DNA of 62,372 nt, counting the filler. It is 9 parts of 9 records of this genome, joined end to end, with 100 filler letters (N's around TTAATTAATTAA, not from the genome) between each part and the next. Parts side by side here need not be neighbours in the genome. Positions count along the whole stretch, not along the records: positions 56,542 to 62,372 come from SRR31156797_43659; 8 more parts are not named here. One strand, written 5' to 3'. The position numbers were made by a program, and so were the translations under genes. Under the pieces are notes generated by a model that searched no databases, had not been told where the DNA came from, and saw only the letters and a list, made by a program, of their open reading frames with translations. Below are positions 60,659 through 62,372 of this stretch, one piece after another (position 1 is the first letter of the stretch; each line of letters begins with the position of its first letter).

Positions 60659-62372
60659 TTATTGCATCTCATCCAAAATGACATGCGGTTGAACAATCAG
60701 CCCATCGTCGGCTCCCCCCACATCCCATTTTCTTATAAAACGGCCCAGGTCATGGATGGCAAAATTCATCAGCCCTGTCTCGTCGACAATTCTCTCTATC
60801 ATTTGTTCCATTTTCCACTCATCGGAGAAATCGTTTATACGTAAAACTATCACGATTTTTTGATGAGGAACATTTTGTAGAATGGGCCTAATTCTTCTCA
60901 GGAGTATATCTGGTTCGGTTGTACCGTATGCCATCACGTACAAAGAGTCTGCCAGCTCTCCAAGTTGTTTGTAGGTTTCCTGCGGCCAATGAAAAGGTAC
61001 TGCAAGGGTGAGCTTTCGATCCTGTAATCCTTTCTTAATTTTGCCCATAAGAAGGGTATAGAGAGAGAGGTACTCTTCTCGTCTGGCTTGGTAGTCCGGC
61101 AAAGTCTGCGGCTCAATATCGAGATGCAGGGTTCCCGTTTTCTCTGCTGTTCTCAAGCTTTTTTGTACCGCTTTTTCATGATTTTTCTCATGAACCCAGC
61201 TGTTGTCACCAGTCATCATGGCAACGGCAATCCTGCGTTTTTCCAATTGTTTTAAAAAGCTGTTTTGCTTTACTCTGTCTATCGATCGTCCATCGGATAA
61301 AAGGACTGTTGATATGTTTTTAGCTCCCAAAAAGATGTTAATATCTTGATTGCTTATGTTGTTGAAATCACGAGACCAAAGATAAATAGAACGGTTGCCG
61401 TATCGTGCCCGGTGCCTTTCCGGGTGCAGAACAAATTTTTGTATCAGGTGGGGAGTAAAAGGGATGCGTGCAGTAAGAAACATTTCATTAATGCGCCGGT
61501 ATAACTCCTCTAAAGCTCGTACAAATTCTATATGCGCTTCAACCGAAGTTCTCATCCTTGTAATGGCGGCGGGTAGGAGGTTCTGTTCTCCGTTTTTCAG
61601 CATTAACAAGGTTCGTTTTACCCGTTCCTGGGCACGCATGGTTCTGTAGTGTTGGCGTACAGTTCGACGGAGCTGTTCCTGCAACTCAGTGTAACGAATT
61701 CGTGTTTGGTTTAATCTATCGTGAAGCAGTTTATTCTTTTTTCGCTCAACCTGGCGAAGTTGTAACTGCAGCACATCATTGTTTCTGGAATAAAGTGGAA
61801 CCCGGAATCGCACTCCTGCGATCAGGTCATCATCATTCTGGTTATCTGAGTTTATCCCAAATTCCTGACGAAGATAGAGGCGAAGTGAGTCGTGGACGAC
61901 CGCTTCCTGTTGGGCCGTTAACCATTCTTTTTCAATGGAGAAGAGTGCAGAGTAGCTGTCATCTTGCCTGATCGCTGTAAGAAGCCCAGCTAAGTTTATA
62001 TCAATTATGGCCGGGTACTCAGGACGAGATGAACCGTTGTCAAAATAAGGATCAGCGAGCAGTCCTTCCAGTGAGTGACGTGTGAGTAATAAATCTTCTT
62101 CTGATACCAGGTAGTCGTCCCAAAAACTCCACTGTTTGAAATAGGCCCGCCGTTCAACATCATAAACCGGTTGAATAAAATCGAGTTTAAGGTGGAGTAA
62201 TTGTATCAGCAACTCGCTGAATTCTTTTTTGACCTGGTATCTCCTGCAGAGGTAGGATTCACTTAATTTCTCGAGATTGTACTCAAGGTCTGCCTTGCGT
62301 GCCTTGGCTTCCAGAGCATCGGCACGCCTAGAATTATGGACAAACCCATTTTTTAAAATGTCCCAGGAAAGT
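60659..62372 (-). CDS. TolC/OEP-like outer-membrane domain fused to a C-terminal glycoside-hydrolase-like TIM barrel; 5' end off window
   Basis: Frame open to the window edge with LSWDILKNG and AGVRFRVPLY strands followed by long helices; C-terminal SIYLW...TLHLDIEP...LYVMAYG. Confidence 0.6.
   Translation of the reverse strand, partial: LSWDILKNGFVHNSRRADALEAKARKADLEYNLEKLSESYLCRRYQVKKEFSELLIQLLHLKLDFIQPVYDVERRAYFKQWSFWDDYLVSEEDLLLTRHSLEGLLADPYFDNGSSRPEYPAIIDINLAGLLTAIRQDDSYSALFSIEKEWLTAQQEAVVHDSLRLYLRQEFGINSDNQNDDDLIAGVRFRVPLYSRNNDVLQLQLRQVERKKNKLLHDRLNQTRIRYTELQEQLRRTVRQHYRTMRAQERVKRTLLMLKNGEQNLLPAAITRMRTSVEAHIEFVRALEELYRRINEMFLTARIPFTPHLIQKFVLHPERHRARYGNRSIYLWSRDFNNISNQDINIFLGAKNISTVLLSDGRSIDRVKQNSFLKQLEKRRIAVAMMTGDNSWVHEKNHEKAVQKSLRTAEKTGTLHLDIEPQTLPDYQARREEYLSLYTLLMGKIKKGLQDRKLTLAVPFHWPQETYKQLGELADSLYVMAYGTTEPDILLRRIRPILQNVPHQKIVIVLRINDFSDEWKMEQMIERIVDETGLMNFAIHDLGRFIRKWDVGGADDGLIVQPHVILDEMQ

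Overview
The window is not one locus. It is nine unrelated contigs joined by eight identical 100-nt artificial spacers (N44-TTAATTAATTAA-N44), so gene context cannot be read across a spacer. Contig 1 (1-6163, GC-rich, deltaproteobacterial style): DUF1846, glgP, an EAL-HDOD protein and a PAS kinase. Contigs 2-4 (6264-26294, Bacteroidota style): rpsA, STAS, rnz, a RecD-like helicase, rsmD, pdxH, a dnaX split at an A10 run, a PiT transporter with a PhoR/PhoP-like pair, rpoN and two hybrid kinases. Contig 5 (26395-35287): YyaL, TVP38, a MerA-like oxidoreductase and a fused TIGR04282/TIGR04283-type glycosyltransferase (arsenosugar-type cluster) interrupted by a 152-bp duplication, then grpE and an IS66 remnant. 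Contig 6 (35388-41311): aprA-qmoABC and tRNA-Thr. Contig 7 (41412-50599, FCB/Marinimicrobia-like): LysM protein, HU, a bS22-like peptide, xseAB, REP-like palindromes and a 1575-aa secreted protein. Contig 8 (50700-56441): diguanylate cyclase, lepB with a structured 5' RNA, and pyrBC with a candidate attenuator. Contig 9 (56542-62372) is the best candidate for an undescribed system: a putative c-di-GMP-controlled, synthase-dependent exopolysaccharide operon encoding a TolC-like/glycoside-hydrolase-like fusion, an HlyD-like adaptor, a Zn-ribbon protein with a degenerate GGDEF and RxxD site, and a processive GT2. All family and taxonomic calls come from motif recognition by eye, not database searches.
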